Shown here in pieces: positions 39,499 to 53,084 of a stretch of DNA of 64,000 nt. Under the pieces are notes generated by a model. It did not search any database and was not told the origin of the DNA. It worked only from the letters and a program-made list of their open reading frames with translations. Source of the DNA: Chiloscyllium plagiosum (Eukaryota); assembly GCF_004010195.1 (NCBI RefSeq), contig NC_057718.1, positions 86,292,534 to 86,356,533 of the forward strand. Reading direction: 5' to 3'. The stretch's first letter is position 1; every line of letters starts with the position of its first letter. Made by a program: the position numbers and the translations under genes.

Positions 39499-39950
39499 AA
39501 AATGTGTTGCTAGAAAAGCGCAGCAGGTCAGGCAGCATCCAAGGAACAGGAGAATCGACGTTTCGGGCATAAGCCCTTCTTCAGGAATGAGGAAAGTGTG
39601 CCCAGCAGGCTAAGATAAAAGGTAGGGAGGAGAGACTTGGGGGAGGGGCGTTGGAAATGCGATAGGTGGAAGGAGGTCAAGGTGAGGGAGATAGGCCGGA
39701 GTGGGGTGGGGGCAGAGAGGTCAGGAAGAAGATTGCAGGTTAGGAAGGCAGTGCTGAGTTCGAGGGATTTGACTGAGACAAGGTGGGGGGAGGGGAAATG
39801 AGGAAACTGGAGAAATCTGAGTTCATCCCTTGTGGTTGGAGGGTTCCTAGGTGGAAGATGAGGCGCTCTTCCTCCAACCGTCGTGTTGCTATGGTCTGGC
39901 GATGGAGGAGTCCAAGGACTTGCATGTCCTTGGTGGAGTGGGAGGGGGAA
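39499..39950 (-). mobile_element. 5'-truncated Penelope-like element
   Basis: 'RRLEEERLIFHLGTLQPQGMN' GIY-YIG C-terminus; 14-bp TSD tatattggaagctg (39485-39498/39951-39964). Confidence 0.85.
39553..39588 (-). ncRNA. Minimal hammerhead ribozyme motif (intact core)
   Basis: tc-CTGAAGA-a-gggc-ttat-gccc-GAAA-CGTC-ga: perfect stem II, palindromic ACGT, GUC cleavage triplet. Confidence 0.75.
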
Positions 39951-40157
39951 TATATTGGAAGCTGCCAATTTAAATTTGTTACAACGTAATCCCTAGTGAG
40001 AGGCTATGATGCAGGGTGAGAGATTAATGAAGAGAGGCAGATGTGAGTTTTCAAGATTGAGAGTACATCACAGTGAGTCTAAACCAGAGTGAGGAGGGAA
40101 TGGAGTGAGGAACTAACAGAGTGAAGGCGTATGGGAATGACACAATAGGGAAGGCGT

Positions 40158-40529
40158 TTAATCAAAATGGAGGGCAAAGCAAATGGTCTCAAATTCGAAC
40201 TCAATACTCAGTGCTGAAGAATGTAAAGTCCTCAAGCAGACAATGAGGCTTCTGTTGGGCCAACTTTGCAGCAGGACTTGGACAGCATTGTTAGCTTGAC
40301 AGCAAAGTGGTTTATTAACATGGCAAACCACCCAAAGATTGGGATTACTCTTGTGGACAAAGCAGCAGGGCTCCACAAAGCATATATGGTTAATCTCATT
40401 AATATAGAGGCGATTACATTGTGAACAGCAAAAGCAATAGATTAGATGGAAAGAAGGAAAGTGAAACTGCTGTTCACTGGAAAGGTGTGTTCTGGACCCC
40501 AGGCTGCGAGGAGGAAGGCCCGTCTGCAA
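40158..40529 (-). mobile_element. Old Penelope-like GIY-YIG fragment
   Basis: 'LIYCFCCSQCNRLYINE..LIVCLRTLHSSALSIEF'. Confidence 0.55.
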
Positions 40530-41564
40530 TTACATCGGAAAGTGCACTGTGAATTGTATTCATGGGTTGTCTGTGGTTAGGGATTGATGAAGCTGTGACA
40601 GGAGTGACAGAGAAATGGACCAGTGTTTTGCAGATGGAGCAGCCCAAGTGGAATACTGACCACTTGGTAGGATCAACGATAAAGATCCTCTGCCTGCCAA
40701 CAACAATGCGATTGGTTGTCAGGGAGTTGAACAGCTTGAATCATGAATCAGACAGAGAGCTTTGTCAGACCAGAAGAGACTCTCCCTCTCTCTCCCTCTC
40801 CCTCTCTCTCCCTCTCTCTGTCTCTCTCTCTCTCTCACTCTCTGTTCTCTGCAGTAAGCCGCTTTAAACTGAATAAACAGAGCTTACCTTTTCTTGCCGA
40901 GTTTCAGTTAAAACCTTCAACTTTGGTGATGATGCTGGAATAGCAGAACCTGATTTCCAGTGCACTACCATGGGGAGGCTTGACAAAGAGTTTCTTGACA
41001 AAGTGTGACATTGTGGTCCATTCCACACATGATTTTTAAAGATTCTATCACATTCTATGAGAATAGTCAATTGGAGTTTCTGTAGTTGAAAGCTTCAGAA
41101 ATAATAGGTGATTGCAATGAGGAAGACCAACCTCTGACACTGAGAGAGATCAATATTGAGAAGTTCTCATTGTTTGTCTGGAAAAGAGCAGGTTCTTTCC
41201 TCTCTTGTCCAGGAGTGGCACAGTTGGTGCAGTTGGAGACTGCTGTCTCGAGGGACCAGGGAATTTTGGGTCATTATTCCTGTTGCTGTGCTCTCTCCCA
41301 GTACTTGGAAATACGTGGGTGTCTTTGACTACATCTTGACGGTGCTGTTCAAAATATTCCTGTGGCGCCAGGTTTTTTAGGAATACACTCACCTATCTAT
41401 ATCCAATTTTAGTCTCACAATGTCCTCGTCACAAATTACTTTCCAACCCATCTTTGCACCATCAGCAAATGTAGCTACCATACCCTCATTCACTTCATAC
41501 GTCTCTATCTCTGCATTTTAAACAGTTACAGCACCAGCACTGATCCTTGTGGCAAAACACACGA

Positions 41565-43495
41565 TTAGATTAGATTCCCTACAGTATGGAAACAGGCCCT
41601 TCAGCCCAACAAGGTTAAAAACAATGACTGCAGGTGCTGGAAACCAGATTCTGGATAAGTGGTGCTGAAAGAGCACAGCAGTTCAGGCAGCATCCGAGGA
41701 GCAGTAAAATCGACATTTCAGGCAAAAGCCCTTAATCAGGAATACAGGCAGAGAGCCTGAAGCGTGGAGAGATAAATGAGAGGAGGGTGGGGGTGGGGAG
41801 AAAGTAGCATAGAGCACAATAGGTGAGTGGGGGAGGGGATGAAGGAGATAGGTCAGGGAGGAGGGTGGAGTGGATAGGTGGAAAAGGAGATAGGCAGGTA
41901 GGACAAGTCCGGACAAGTCATGAGGACAGTGCTGATCTGGAAGTTTCAAACTGGGGTGAGGTGGGGGAAGGGGAAATGAGGAAACTGTTGAAGTCCACAT
42001 TGATGCCCTGGGGTTGAAGTGTTCCGAGGTGGAAGATGAGGCGTTCTACCTCCAAGCGTCTGGTGGTGAGGGAGCGGTGGTGAAGGAGACCCAGGACCTC
42101 TATGTCCTCGGCAGAGTGGGAGGGGGAGTTGAAATGTTGGGCCACAGGGTGGTGTGGTTGATTGGTGCGGGTGTCTCGGAGATGTTCCCTAAAGCGTTCT
42201 GCTAGGAGGCGTCCAGTCTCCCCAATGTAGAGGAGACCACATCGGGAGCAACGGATACAATAAATGATATTGGTAGATGTGCAGGTAAAACTTTGATGGA
42301 TGTGGTCCCAGGATGATCAGTTCCACCACAGAACACACCAGATGGCCTCCTTCTTTAGAGACCGCAATTTCCCTTCCCACATGGTTAAAGATGCCCTCCA
42401 ACGTATCACGTCCACATCCCACACCTCCACCCTCAGACCTCATCCCTCGAACCGTAACAAGGACAGAACGCCCCTGGTTCTCACCTTCCACCCTACCAAT
42501 CTTTGCATAAACCAAATCATCTGCCGATATTTCCGCCACCTCCAAACAGACCCCACCACCAGAGATATATTTCCCTCCCCAACCCCTTTCCGCTTTCCGC
42601 AAAGACCGTTCCCTCCGCGACTACCTGGTCAGGTCCACGCCCCCCTACAACCCACCCTCCCATCCTAGCACCTTCCCCTGCCACTGCAGGAATTGCAAAA
42701 CCTGCGCCCACACCTCCTCCCTCACCTCCATCCAAGGCCCTAAAGGAGCCTTCCACATCCATCAAAGGTTTACCTGCACATCCACTAATATCATTTATTG
42801 TATCCGTTGCTCCCGATGCTGTCTCCTCTACACTGGGAAGATGGGACACCTCCTAGCAGAGCGCTTTAGGAAACATTTCTGGGATACCCACACCAATCAA
42901 CCACACTGCCCTGTAGCCCAACATTTCAACTCCCCCTTCCACTCTGCCGAGGACATGGAGGTCCTGGGCCTCCTTCACTGCCGCTCCCTCACCACGAGAC
43001 GCCTGGAGAAAGAACGCCTCATCTTCCGCCTCGGAACACTTCAACCCCAGGGCATCAATGTGGACTTCAACCGCTTCCTCATTTCCCCTTCCCCCACCTC
43101 ATCTTAGTTTCAAACTTCCAGCTCCGCACTGTCCCCTTGACTTGGGCTTTTGCCTGAAACGTCGATTTTACTGCTCCTCGGATGCTGCCTGAACTGCTGT
43201 GCTCCTTCAGCCCAACAAGTCCACACTGACCCTCTGAAGAGTAACCCACCCAGACCCATTCCACTACCCTATATACACCCCTGACTAATGTACCTAACAC
43301 TATGGGCAATTTAGCATGGCCAATTCACCTGACTTGCACAACTTTGGATTGTGGGAGAAAACCAGAGCACATGGAGGAAACCCACACAGACACTGGGAGA
43401 ATGTGCAAACTCCACACAGATCATCACCCAAGGCGGGAATCATACCCGGGTCCCTGGCACTGTGAGGCAGCAGTGCTAACCACTGAGCCACCACA
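41565..43495 (-). mobile_element. HE1-type SINE split by a Penelope-like insertion
   Basis: SINE tail at 41565-41613; body and head at 43204-43495. Confidence 0.85.
41614..43203. mobile_element. Penelope-like insertion with long inverted arms
   Basis: GIY-YIG/3' end on minus (41614-42296) and plus (42300-43203); 16-bp TSD ccttcagcccaacaag (41598-41613/43204-43219). Confidence 0.9.
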
Positions 43496-44753
43496 TATGA
43501 AATCTTGCCACCCAGAAAATGATTCACTTATGCCCACTCTCCACTTCATGTTATCTTGCTAATCTTCTGTCCATGCCAATATATTGCCTCTGGCACTATG
43601 AACCTTTGTTTTCCACAATAGCCTTTGACATGGCACTTTCTCAAATGCCTTCTGAAAATCTAGACATAGGACATCTTTCTTTACATAGAGCACATGGTGC
43701 TTCTTCGAAGAACTGCAATATATTGGGGAAACATAATGTCTTTTTCACAAAAACATGTTGACTCCGCCTGATTAGCATCAATTTCTCAAAATGCCCTGCC
43801 GTAAAATGTTTAATGATAGATTTTAATACTTTCCTGTGACAGAATCTCAGGAAATTTGAAATATTAGAAACAGCGCATAAAATATATATAAAGACCTGCG
43901 GGTAAACAGCAGCAGGACTCAGGGATTTGTGAGCCCACAGTTCCAACCATTTGCTCAGTCACACTTGGCTGTTGCTTTCACTTTTTTTTGAGTCCATCCT
44001 TCCTTTCCATTTCCTAGTTACAGCTAGTTTGGGGGATGTTAATTGTATCACTTGCATTGAAGACTGATCCAAAATACCTTTTCAATTCATCTGTCTTCTC
44101 CTTTCTTTCCCAGACTCCCTGTCTATGGGACCAACTTTCATTTTGCCAACTCTTTTTCTTTTATAAAATACTTGTATTAACACTTTACAGCTCTTTTATA
44201 TTTCTAGCTATTTTTCTCTTATACTCTAAACTTTTCCTACTCATTAATCTCTCAATGGTACTTTGCTGATTTTAATATTCTGTCCAGTCCTCTACATTGG
44301 TTCCCATCTTTGTGCAATGATATGCTTTTTCTTTAAGCTGTCAATACCTTAACCTTTTGAGTTACCCTCACCCTCTCTTGTTGGATTGTGTCTATTATGT
44401 ACGTTCTGAAGAATCCCCTCACACATCGATCACTGCATTTCTGTTGACCTTCCCCTTTCATAATTTGCCACCTTCATTTATCACAACTCAGCTGGGAGGA
44501 GAGTGAGGACAGTTGTGTCTCACTCTTACACCAGCTGTCGCAAAATGTAGAAATGTATAAAATCCTGATGAAGCCGCCAAAATCTGGTGAGCACTGATTT
44601 GCCTGACTGACTGCCACTCAGGACAATTCCTGCCAGGTTTTGTCATTAACAAAAAAATTACTCTGTTAATTATAACACAAAATTTTAACAAGAACAGAGA
44701 ATAAGAAAGGATTGATAATCTACTACCATGCAATTTAAACTATGCCCTTTAAA

Positions 44754-45057
44754 TGGGTGGCTCAATGGTTAGCACTGCTGCCTCACAGTGCCATGGTCCC
44801 AGGTTCAATTCCAGCCTCGGATGACTGTCTGTGTGGAGTTTGCACATTCTCCCCGTGTCTGTGTGGGTTTCCTCCAGGTGCTCCAGTTTCCTCCCACAGT
44901 CCAAAGATATGCAGGTCAGGTGAACAGGCCATGCTAAATTGTCCATAGTGCCAGGTGCATTAGTCAGAGGGAAATGGGTCTGGGTGGGTTACTCCTCAGA
45001 GGGTCGGTGTGGACTGGTTGGGCTGAACGGCCTGTTTCCATACTAGGAAATCTAATG
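44754..45057 (+). mobile_element. HE1-type SINE
   Basis: tRNA-like head, GTGGAGTTTGCACATTCTCCCCG core, LINE-like tail. Confidence 0.9.
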
Positions 45058-45284
45058 TAAAATCCAAATACATGCACTCAGACATGATAAAGGCAGACAG
45101 AAGAGAAATGGTTAAACATGAACACATGGCAGCAAAAAGAACATCAACAGGGTAAGCAAAATGCAGTCGATCAGAAGTCTAGATCATAAGTTGATTTTGG
45201 CAACAATTACATACCATTTCTGTCATGTTGCTGTTCAAGGGCTTCTGCACCACTCACACAAATGTCTTGCAGCCTTTCTCACAG

Positions 45285-45820
45285 ACTCACAGTCATGGAT
45301 GTGTACAGCATGGAAACCGACCCTTCAGTTCAACTCATCTATGCTAACCAAATAGCCTGAATAAATCTAGTCCCATTTGCCAGCATTTGGCCCATATCCC
45401 TCTGAATCTTTCCTATAAATGCGCCCATTCCGATGCCTTCTATATATTGTAATTTACCAGTCTCCACCACATCCTCTGGCAGCTCATTCCATACACATAG
45501 CACCTTCTGCATGAAAAAATTGCCCCGTAGTTCCCATTTAAATCTTTCCTCTCACCTAAAACATATGCTTTCTAGTATTGGACTCCCCCACCCCAGGAGA
45601 AAACAAAAAATTCTTGTCTTTTTACACTATCCATGCCCCTCATGTTTTTTTAAACTTGGATAAGGTCACCCCTCAGCCTCCAATGCTCCAGGGGAAATAG
45701 CCCCAGCCTATTCAGCCTCTCCCTGCAGCTCAAATCCTCCAACTCAGGCAACATCCTTGTAAACCTTTCCTGAGCCCTTTTAAATTTTACAACATTCTTC
45801 CTCTAACTGGGAGACCAGAA
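45285..45820 (-). mobile_element. CR1/HER1 LINE 3' fragment
   Basis: Similar to 6227-6735. Confidence 0.85.
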
Positions 45821-46076
45821 TTGCAGGTCTGTGTTATCCCGCAGCTGTGTCTCAGTAATGACTATCAGATCTTACTTATTTATTTCTATTTGAACTCTCA
45901 GTTCATCTGTCTTGTTCCAAATGTTGTGCATATGCAGATACTGAGCTTTCAGATCTGTACTTTTATTACTTTTGGAAACCTCCAGCCTTATCTATTGGTT
46001 TAGTCTTGGATACACGCTCTATCTCTTCCTGCCATGGTCTGTTTATCACATGCCTGATTCGGAATTTTCTCACTTG

Positions 46077-49000
46077 TGTTATGGTCCAGATCAAACCCTC
46101 TCAGAATATATTAAGAAGACAGTCCAGAACCTAACAATTTCTTATCTTAAAGGTAAGTGTAAGGCATTGAATTGCAGATGTAATTTGATTGGTCAAGCTA
46201 ATTGAAGTTAAGCAAGACACACTTTATTTTTACTTGACAGTTAAAATACAGACAAAATAAAAATGAAAGAATTGGCTTAACTTTAACATGATTGAAATGC
46301 TTAAATTAATAGATATTATTAACTACTGTTCATAAAATGTTCCAATATAATAACATTCCATAAAAACAAACTTGGCAAACGCATATCCAATAAAACAGAT
46401 TGTCTCACATGCAATTCTAGTAGCAGGAAGAGAACCCCAGTTTTTAGCTGTAACAGAGAGAGGGACAAGAGCTTCAAGACCCCAGCAACCACAGAAAGGT
46501 AAAGCTAAAAGTCCTGGTGCAGCTGGAGCTTGACCCCAACCATTCAGGCTGCTTCTATTATTCCAACTTTTTAAAAATCCTAAGCCTTCACAAGCTGCTA
46601 CTCTGTTGGGTTTGGAGCAGACTTTGCAGCACCTCTGTCTCAACCTTTCTTCATTAAAAAAAGTATAGAATGTATCTTTTAAAGCCAAAGCATCATCACA
46701 CCTCCCCACTTAAAAATACACCATTAATCTACAAAGATGGCTTCATTTTTGAAAACCTTTAGTCTGACACTATTAGTACCCCAGGATGCATCTACATTAC
46801 ACTGACTCTCAGCATTACTACAGTGCATTTCAGTCTGTTTTATCCCACCACAGGACAACTCTGTCTTCCTTCATCAAAGTCATGACAACACGTCAGCAAT
46901 TACGTATGTGATTTCCAAATTCAATGCCTGCAATAGCAAGTTGAATTGAAAGAACCTGGAATTTTTATCCATATTTCTTTCCAAAAACCTTAAGGGATTA
47001 TGATCAGTATATACAATTGTCTCAGACACATTACTGATAACGTAAGTGTTGAAATGTTGCAATGCCATCACCAAGCTCAAGGTCTCCTTCTCAATTGTGG
47101 AATATTTCTGTTGATTATTCTCCAATTTTCTGGAAAAATGTCCAATAGATCTTTTTATCTTCTTGTTATCTTCTTCCAAGTGTTCAGCATTGACACTCAC
47201 ATGACTCGCATCAATAGCCATTTTGAATGGCTTTATGTGATTAGGTGTGGCTAACTCTAGGGCGGTGGATAACACAATTTTCAGGCTGTCTTCTGACAGT
47301 CTGTTGTCCATTGAACATTTCTGCACTTCTTCAATAATTCAGCCAGTGGAGCAACCATACAGCTAAAATTTGGCAAGAACTTCTGATGAAAACGATTCAG
47401 CCTCAGAAATAATAGTACTAACATCAGTGTCGATGGTATGGGAAACTCCCCAATAACCTTTGCTTTCACATCCCATGGGACGATCTGTCTGTGTCCAATA
47501 ACATAGCCCAAAAACATGACTTGGGCTTTTTGGAACTCACTCACTGGGTTTATCACCAAACCTACCTCCCAAAGTCCATTGAACAATTCCGATTGATGGT
47601 CCAAATGTTCCTTCCACATGTGACAAAAATCACCAGGTCATCAACACCACTGGGCAATCCTGAAATGTCTTTGTTGATTCACCTTTGAAATGTGGCTAGC
47701 ACATTTTTCATTGCAAATGGCATGACTTTAAGCTGATACAGTCCATTTGGCATCACAAAAGCCAGAATTTTCTTCACTCTTTCAGATAAAGGTACCTGCC
47801 AGTATCCTCTGTGTAAGTCCAACTTAGAAATATAAGTTGCTTATCCCACCTTCTCAATACAGTCTTCCAAACGTGGAATAGGATATGAATCAGACTTTGT
47901 GACAATCTGCACTTGATCATTGGGTACCATCTGATTTTGGCAGCATCACTATGGGGGAGTTCCATTCACTGCAACTTGCTTGATTATATTGTCTTTCAGC
48001 ATGCAGTCAATCTTTTTTTGAACCTGTTCCAAATTTGGAGGGTTAAATCTATAAGCATGTTGTTTAATGGGAACAGCATTTCCTCTATCTACATCATGCA
48101 CAATCAGATTAGTACTTCCAAGCTTATTTCCACATATCACCCCATGTGTTTGTAATAACTCTTTCAGGTCATTTTAATTTCCCTCTGGAAGTTATCCAAT
48201 GACCAATGTCTCAGTAATTAATTTCACTGACCGTTTCATCTCATGGCTAAAAAACTCATCAAAATGGACTGAATGTAGTTACTTTATCAGGTGCACTCCT
48301 AACTGCAAAAAGTACAAATGGAGTTTCTTTATCACAATCCTCTAAATCGTTATGACTATAAGCTGTCAACATGGTCTTCAAAGTTTGCAGCCACAATTCT
48401 AATGCTCCATGTGATTCTCAGTGGACTTAAATTGTTTTATTCTTCAGTTATTGGTAACTTCATTGTATAATTTTGATGTAATATCTGCCCCTTGATCGAA
48501 TTGTATTTCTGTGAGTAGTCCATTTCTAGTTTTAAAAAATTTGAGTAAATATTCTACAGTTCTTCAAAGCAAGATACTGCGTAATGGAACGCCCTCTGGA
48601 AATCTAGTAGATACATCCATTACTGACACTTATGACATGACTCACAAATTTTAACCATGCAGGCCAATAAAAATGCCTTTGTATTTTGGCTTGAGTTTTC
48701 CTTACTTCCAAATAGCCTCCAATGGGAAATTCATGTGCTATCCACAACACCTCCTTTTTATAACCCAATGGTAATATAACTTGATGAACTTCTGCCCATT
48801 TCATATCCACCTGAATATGGCCTCCATTTCCTCATCAAGATGTCATTTTAAAGATAGTGACATTCTAGCACACATTAAGATTTTTCTTCTGTATGTGCCT
48901 TTTATTACAAATCTTTAGTTTTTCATCTTCCTGTTATAATTCAGTTAATTGCTCTGAAAGAAAAGTATCCACTTTGTCCTCCACTTGTTCGTGTTTCTTT

Positions 49001-49600
49001 TCTCAACTGTTTAATCAAGCATGGTTTCTGATAATTGTACTTTCAACCTCTGCATCTTTATTCTTTGATTTCTCCTCTTACTTGAACCTGTGGCTTTGTG
49101 ACCTTGTTAACACGCAGTCAGGAAAAATCCCAGGATATATTTCCTGTAACACCAGTTGTCTGGTTTTCCACTGGCTTTTCAACCACAGTAGGCTTCACTC
49201 CCACCTGTGTTTGAGCTATATCATTACCAAGGATAAATTGTATTCCTGGAACCAAGAATTTCTCTATTATTCCAACCAACACTTCTCCATTTGCCACCTG
49301 ACTCACCAACTTCACTTAATATAATGGAACACTGCTCTTCTCACCATGAATGCCACATGTTACCACGTTTCTTGGCAATACTTCTTCTGCGACATACCAC
49401 ATATCTCCTCATCTCTCACCAGCAAAGATTGACTTGCTTCTGTATCTTTTAAAATTTAATTTCTTTACCTGCTCCTCCTAGCATACTGAAGTAAACGTTA
49501 CCCTTGCAAGAAAATCCTTGAAAGTAATCTGGCAGTTTCTTCTCAACCACCCCCTGAGCAGGTTGCACATTCTAATACGGCTTTTTTAATCTTCCATATG
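46077..49600 (-). mobile_element. Gmr1-like Gypsy element (PR-INT-RT-RH, PPT, 3' LTR 46077-46700)
   Basis: Integrase 'WAEVHQVILP..AHEFPIGG' precedes RT 'PIKQHAYR' and RNaseH 'IDASH..YSTIEKE..TDHNPL'; PPT aagtggggagg next to a TG..CA LTR. Confidence 0.9.
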
Positions 49601-50204
49601 GAACTATCTCCTTCACTATTGCTACATCAAGCTGCTGGAATTCCCTCACTTTGATCATCGTGGGTCACCCGAAAGCAGGACTGCAGCACGTCACTACCAC
49701 CTTTTGAAAGGCAATTCGAGACAGGCAATAAATACAGGCCTAGCCATCAAGACACACATCCTGGAAGTAAAGAAAGAAACCTACACAAACCACACGGTAA
49801 TTTAAAAATGAGTCATTGTTGTAATGCAGCAATTAATCTGTACACAGAGAGACCTCACATTCAACAATAAGAGAAATGATCAAACAATCTGCTGTCAGCG
49901 ATGGTGGTTAGAGGATAAGTATTAGCCAGAAGACCATGGATGACATCACTGCTAGTCCTCAAAGGAGGGCTGTGGGAAATGTTACACCCAATGAGGAGCG
50001 TGGACTGGTGTAGTGTTACCAGCTCATCTGAAGTGGAATTCTGTCAGCCTCAGTCATGTGCTTGATCACATGACCCTGTGATGCAGAGGTGAGAATATCA
50101 GCACAGAGTGAAGACTATTATTTACAGTTAACATCGAACGATGAGGAACAATTGTACACAGGATAATATAGATTGATATGAATGCTTTGCAACCTTTTTA
50201 CCAG

Positions 50205-51124
50205 TCATGCAATGAAAAAGTATTTGACGCATTTAATAATTGCAAGGAATGGAGACATTATTGCAATTCGCAACTGTTCTCTGAATTTAGACTGAGCGAA
50301 TGCATAAACGCATGTGTTTGTACAGGAACTCAGCAGTTGAAACATATCGCCAGTATATTCTGCAATAAGTAAGGGATCCATATAATGATCTGGTTCATAA
50401 AATGTATCTGTAATTCTAGAAATGAGGAAAAATATAGCGTATGGCATCCACAGCACGATGAAAGTGCCAGAAATGGCGAACAATAAAGTGATGGATTTCC
50501 TTCGGCTCTGCATCTCTGGATCGTCGCTGTTCTGGGTGTTGCGTTGACCTTGCAGAGCTCTGCGGGTTCGATTGGCCATCACAATGTGTCGAACAGTCAG
50601 TGCATTGAGCAGTAAAATGAGAAAGTATGGCAATAGTGGGTTTAAAATTGTATCAAGCCAGTCAAAGGTTATCCATTCTGGTAAGGTAAAATAGTCCGGT
50701 TTTAAATGAGCACCCCATTCCACATTGTTAATTATATAGATTGGCTCAAAAGCATAGTACACGGGGATGTTTTTGAATGAGAAAATTATCATTACAATCA
50801 CTGTAACCACAGCTGCAGTTTCCTCCCTGCAATACTTTGCTCTCAACCTCTGGCAACAAATGAGGACAAAGCGATCGACAGTGAAAGCGACCGTGAGCCA
50901 AACAGAGCAGTCAACAGCTGTGTAGTTGATCACCTCATTGATGCTCCTTATTGAGGTGAAGTGTAGAAATGAAAATGGGAAATAGTAGTAAAGCATGTAG
51001 TAGATTATCACATTGGAAATAATGACCAGGAGATCAACTGTCGTCATACCCACCAAATAAAGAGAGATCCCTTTGGACAGACCACAGCCTCCACGAATTA
51101 GAAGGACAATTGTCAGAAGGTTAG
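50205..51124 (-). CDS. Exon 2 of intact GPR139/GPR142-like class A GPCR (gene A)
   Basis: tttgtag|CT AAC; uninterrupted 7TM frame with TVDRF, LNPLLP, RRKSI..LWMP, SSCTNTCVYA..KFR; 329 aa when joined to exon 1. Confidence 0.92.
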
Positions 51125-51929
51125 CTACAAAGAAAAGAGCAGAATCCTCAGATTAGTAACACAACGTTGCTTGGAGCTTACAGCATGAAACCACTTTTTG
51201 GCCCAATGGGTTTACACTGAGGTTCATACTGCACGTGTTTCCTCCCACTGACTTCATCTTACAATATTGAGATATTATTTCTTCCATCCACATGCATTTA
51301 CTGAATTTCCCATCAGGCAAACTCACAAATGTGAAGAAATATTGCACAGATTGGAAGGAAGCAAATTTCTTTCTCAAACCAGAATCCCTTTACAGGAATG
51401 AATTGAGTGGGTGTTCCCCCCCCCCCCCCCCCTCCACAACTTTGCCTTATGTCTGTCTATAACTAAACAGAAGAGTGGGTGAGGGTGGGGTTTGGGAATG
51501 GGCTGCCTCCTTTGAACATTGACAAACTTTAAAAAATTGAAGCTCTTTCTCAGCTCAACTGACCACAATTGTACAGGATCCATTCTATTTTACAGAGATT
51601 GCACACACAAATCAGTATGGGGAGAAGGCTTTCCCAGCAGTATGATGTTAGGGGCTTTGAGACACTCTCCAGGGAGTCTTTGTGACAAATCAGTTCCAAT
51701 TCCCTGATGGGTGTTCAGTGTCTGCGGCTTTCATGCCTCCAGCTCTTTGTAATCATTCATTTTAGTTTTAAACTGAGTTTTAATGATCACCCATGGCACT
51801 GAGCGTTTGTGCCTCCAGCTCTTTGTAAGCATTAGATTGAGATGTTTACAGTGGGCTGTAAGCTCCTGTACAACACTGTATGATGGAGGGAACATTGGCA
51901 AGGGTTTGGTGTGCTCACACCTACATCAC

Positions 51930-52400
51930 GTTCACCACAGATAAGGTTCACCAGACAGGAAGATGGCCACAGGATTCAGGAATCTTGCTGGATTCTCAAA
52001 ACTGGAAGGTGTCATCGATTACAAGCATGTTGCTGTTCAGGTTTTAGTGAGACAACCCGGGGCATTTGTAAATATTAAAGGGGTTCACTCCCTAAGTGTC
52101 CAATTAGTCAGCAATTATTGACAAAAGCTTCTCCAGGTATCTGTGTCTATTCCAGGGAGGGGTCATGACCCATACAACCTTCAACACCTCTCGGTTCCAC
52201 AGTGGACAATGTACCATAGTCTTTGGAGAGATAGATTCTGGGAGGGAATGGCTGTCTATTGCAGAGATGGCTCATGAACTCAGCAAAACAACACAAATCA
52301 GATGTTATATCGTATTGCAATAAGATTCTCGCAAACTCCAAGTCTATCTGGCAAAAGGATTAACATCCTGCTCAACACCACAATGTCACCTCAAGCTATG
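51930..52400 (+). mobile_element. Decayed Harbinger transposase in the intron of gene A
   Basis: GFRNLAGFSKLEGVIDYKHVAV..FVNIKGVHSLSVQLVSNY*..PGRGHD matches the HARBI1 GaIDctH..NRKGfHSinvQ..PGs.HD pattern. Confidence 0.8.
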
Positions 52401-53084
52401 ACCAGTGACAGGACCATTGTGTATATGGCAAAGGTAAGGCAGGTACTGAAAAGGATGTTGGGACACACACCATCAACAAGCCCAGGTTAGTAAACCCTCA
52501 AGTCAACATCCATCCCCAAGACCAGCCAAACGAACAACAGCAATAACTACACATCCATCCTCATGTGCATGTATTTAATGAAGGTTATCAGCAATACCAT
52601 TCCTGTAAAGACATCATAAATTATTCCCCGTGTTCTCCCATACAGACTCAGTGTGATTTCTTACATTGTTCCTGCCTGCTGCACTGTATCCTTCCCCATG
52701 TGCTGCCAGTTGTCCTGAGGGCAGGCGGCTGACTCTAACATCCTTTTGTCTGGAATGGCCTTGAGGGTGGTCCTCTGTTTGGCTGAGTCTGTCTGGACCC
52801 TGACATGGTGAGGCTCTCCTTCACAGTGTCAGGGACCTCCTTCATCACCATGGCTCTCTGAAGCACTGGTGTCAGTGGCAGAGGGTAGAGGAGTAACTGT
52901 CCCCATCAGGAGTGCCCTGACAGGTACTTCCCGATGGTGACTGCTCCACCACATGTCCCACTCTGAGGCTCACTTGGCCCTCTGTACTTTCATAACTGAG
53001 AGACAATGACCTGGCAATGAGTTCAGATAATTCCATCCTCTTTTCTCTTGCTCCTTGAGTTCTGTGACAGTGCAATGGATCACA

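Noticed and set aside
44754..44830. tRNA-like A/B boxes
   Set aside because: Head of an HE1-type SINE, not a tRNA gene
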